64,000 nt of DNA from Holothuria leucospilota. Taxonomy: Eukaryota. Each line of letters begins with the position of its first letter. Position 1 is the first letter of the stretch. The position numbers and the translations under genes were made by a program. The stretch spans positions 35,970,802-36,034,801 of the forward strand of contig CM055964.1 in NCBI GenBank assembly GCA_029531755.1, written 5' to 3'. Under the pieces are notes generated by a model that saw only the letters and a list, made by a program, of their open reading frames with translations, made no database searches and was not told the origin of the DNA. This document shows, piece by piece, positions 61,556 through 64,000 of the stretch.

Positions 61556-64000
61556 TGAAATGGCCGATTTCAAGTAATTTAAATTCCATTTCACGAAAAA
61601 TGCATTTATAGTGTGGAAGCACTGGCAGTGAAGTGCGACTGGGCCATAAGCTATATTGCTAATCTCAATTGCAAGGCATTATGGGATGCAAAAGGGAGCA
61701 ACAGCGCCAAACCTTCAACGTTACTAGTTGCTCCCTTTTGTATCCCATGATGCCGTGGTAAAGTGCATCTCGTACTGAATTAGGCGATTTGCAATATAGC
61801 TTTTAGAGTAGGATATGGGCTTGTCTACAATAAAGGGGTATAAAAGTGTTACAAAGGTGGTGAAATTTGAAGTCCTCTAAGAATAGATTTTTGTTGTGTT
61901 ATTTTGTTTGATTGGTAGTCTCAATTTTTTCCTAAGAGCAGGAAGATAGTTCTTTTCACCTATCACCACTTTTTAAGTGGTAAGTGTTACTGGTTACGTA
62001 TGTAACGGGGACAGACATGGAAACTCTTTGCTCCAGAAATCTTTAAGGAGGACAATATGTATAAATAAACCCTGTATTTAATAGAATGATAAAGAACAAA
62101 CACTTTTTCACTGAAATTGCATTACCATTAGTTAAACATGGACTAGTATGGAGATCAATGGTTACGTTGGTAACAAGGACGGACATGTCCGTCCTCGTTA
62201 AAAACGTAAACAAAACTATGTTCGAGAAAATTAAGCACCTTAAACTCTTGACTGCATTGTGACACAAGTTTTGCTCTTTCCTGAGGGTGTAAACTGATGA
62301 CATGTGAAACATTCATCAAAAACCAATGTCCCCATGTGCCTACATTATACTACCGACAAGGACATGGTTACGTTGGTAACATCTGGACGGACATCGCCTT
62401 GAAGGCTCTCATACCCTTGTTGTAAGCAAAAAGATGGAGGAAAGCACACAAACCAGTGACAAATATGGCCATCTGCAAACAGATGCAGTTTTATCAAATT
62501 CTCTGGTAATTTGTGTCCTGCAGGCCTGTTAATATGATAGTTACCAACGTAACCATTAGGGGACAGACATGTTACCAACGTAACCATCATGTGCTCCGCA
62601 ATTGACTATGATGCATTTACTGCTGGATTATTTTATTTGTGGTACTGCACATGATCAAGGTTAAGTGTTACATCATAACCTTAGCTCTGGAAATCTTTTC
62701 TTTCAGTTAAAATATCAACTATTAAGATTTAATATCCAGATGGACGGACAAATCTCAAAATTTTACTCCAAATTGCTGATAAAATTTTGCGGTGTTTGTG
62801 CACCTAAAAATATTCATTTATCATTTACCATTTATTTTGTACATTACATTTATGAAAGAAGACAAAGAACCTGCATCAGTCACATCTGCAAAGGTCCCAC
62901 TCACATCATAAATTTATTCCACATCCTATGTAACACTTATAGGTGGTAAAAAAGGCCAAAACAGCCCCAAATTCTGCCCAAAACATCCTTTACATAAGTT
63001 GGATATTGATAAAATTGTCTTTATTATCTCTCTATAGTCCTCCAAGTATGGTGAACTGTAAAATCACCAAACCATTGTGACATCTTTCAAAATATAATCA
63101 AAGCAAAAACACACACTGAATATTTTCCTTTACTGTAGACAAGCCCATATAAGAACTAGAGAGCGCACTCGTATAACGTACGTAAATCCGCTGTGATTAT
63201 ATGGATGTACATGTACTAGATCAGTGATGGGGTCATGGGGACCGATTATAGGTGGAGGCATTGGAGGCAAGAAGCTAAGCTGTGTGCGAGCATGTGTGTA
63301 CAAACTATATGGCGGCAGAGTCCCCATGCGATCACAGCTGTTTCAGGGAGTGAGCACTCTAGTTCCTATATCCTACTCTATGGACTCGACCTACTTCTTC
63401 TCAGTACATATTGTGAGAAATGACTTAGCCTACCTTGTCTTATTAATAATAATATTATATACATATAGTGTGTAGTAAATATATGTAATGCTTCGAACGC
63501 CAGTGATCCCCTTTCTTGCAAGAAAATAATTGAATACTGACAGTGTATCCTCATTGCCTCTTGCAAGTATGTGGACGGCTGATGTGAGGACGCATATCAG
63601 AGAACGGGTAAGTTTGAGTGGGCTAGCCTTGGGTACCTAACTTAGGCCTAGTTCTCACGTACACTGTTCCCTGAACTAGTATGGGAAGCCCCAAAGCTTC
63701 CCAAATACTAGGTCAGCAGACTGCGGACTAGAATAGCCAAATAAGGGCTAACGTTAAAGCTTACCTTGAATTACAGTATGCGCTGTATATGTAGTAGAAA
63801 TAGGTTTCGCCCTTTGTGTTGAGCACACGGATGATGTATCGGCCAATGAATCTTACTTGTAAAATGCAGCAACAAGGACTTCAAACGACAAGACAGGACC
63901 AGATTCCTTGCAGTTGTTGATTCGAGGAGTTCGAGAGCAGAATGACCAAATTTTACTCGTGTTGAATAATGTAAGTTGTAACTATGATAAGCATAGCCGG

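Noticed and set aside
1-64000. Prokaryotic-style novel system (defence island, CRISPR, operon)
   Set aside because: There are no operon-like runs of long ORFs. The conserved genes are eukaryotic (sesquipedalian PH-domain adaptor, dynein LC8), with splice-site-like contexts and poly(A)-signal candidates. The tandem repeats lack the unique-spacer structure of CRISPR arrays and are AT-rich satellites. The repeat landscape (MITEs with TSDs, microsatellites) is typical of an animal genome.

Overview
This window is eukaryotic (metazoan, probably an invertebrate) nuclear DNA, not prokaryotic. I find no CRISPR arrays, rRNA/tRNA operons, operon-like gene clusters or defence-island architecture. About 40% GC and extremely repeat-rich.

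Two conserved protein-coding genes are recognisable, both on the minus strand and both apparently with an uninterrupted CDS:
- a sesquipedalian/PHETA-family PH-domain adaptor (7234-8532);
- a dynein light chain LC8/DYNLL (58641-58910).

The rest is dominated by non-autonomous transposable elements and tandem repeats. No transposase, RT or integrase ORF is visible anywhere.
- Three copies of a composite element made of a 122-150 bp satellite array, a (CA)n microsatellite and a terminal hairpin. This layout resembles Helentron/Helitron-associated non-autonomous elements.
- A ~940 bp TIR element flanked by TTAA (or TA) in two inverted copies 39 kb apart, one of them nested in a 1.58 kb TIR element.
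- A 690 bp TIR element whose filled and empty sites are both preserved by an inverted segmental duplication (40.3-42.0 kb versus 49.9-51.9 kb).
- Several hAT-like MITE families with TIRs CAGTGGCG... and CAGTGTTTCC... and 8 bp target-site duplications.
- Foldback elements, long palindromes, minisatellites, microsatellites and many G/C homopolymer runs.

The six-frame ORFs other than the two genes fall inside repeats and look spurious. I see no evidence for a novel prokaryote-style biological system. The interesting signal is recent TE activity and TE-mediated structural rearrangement.
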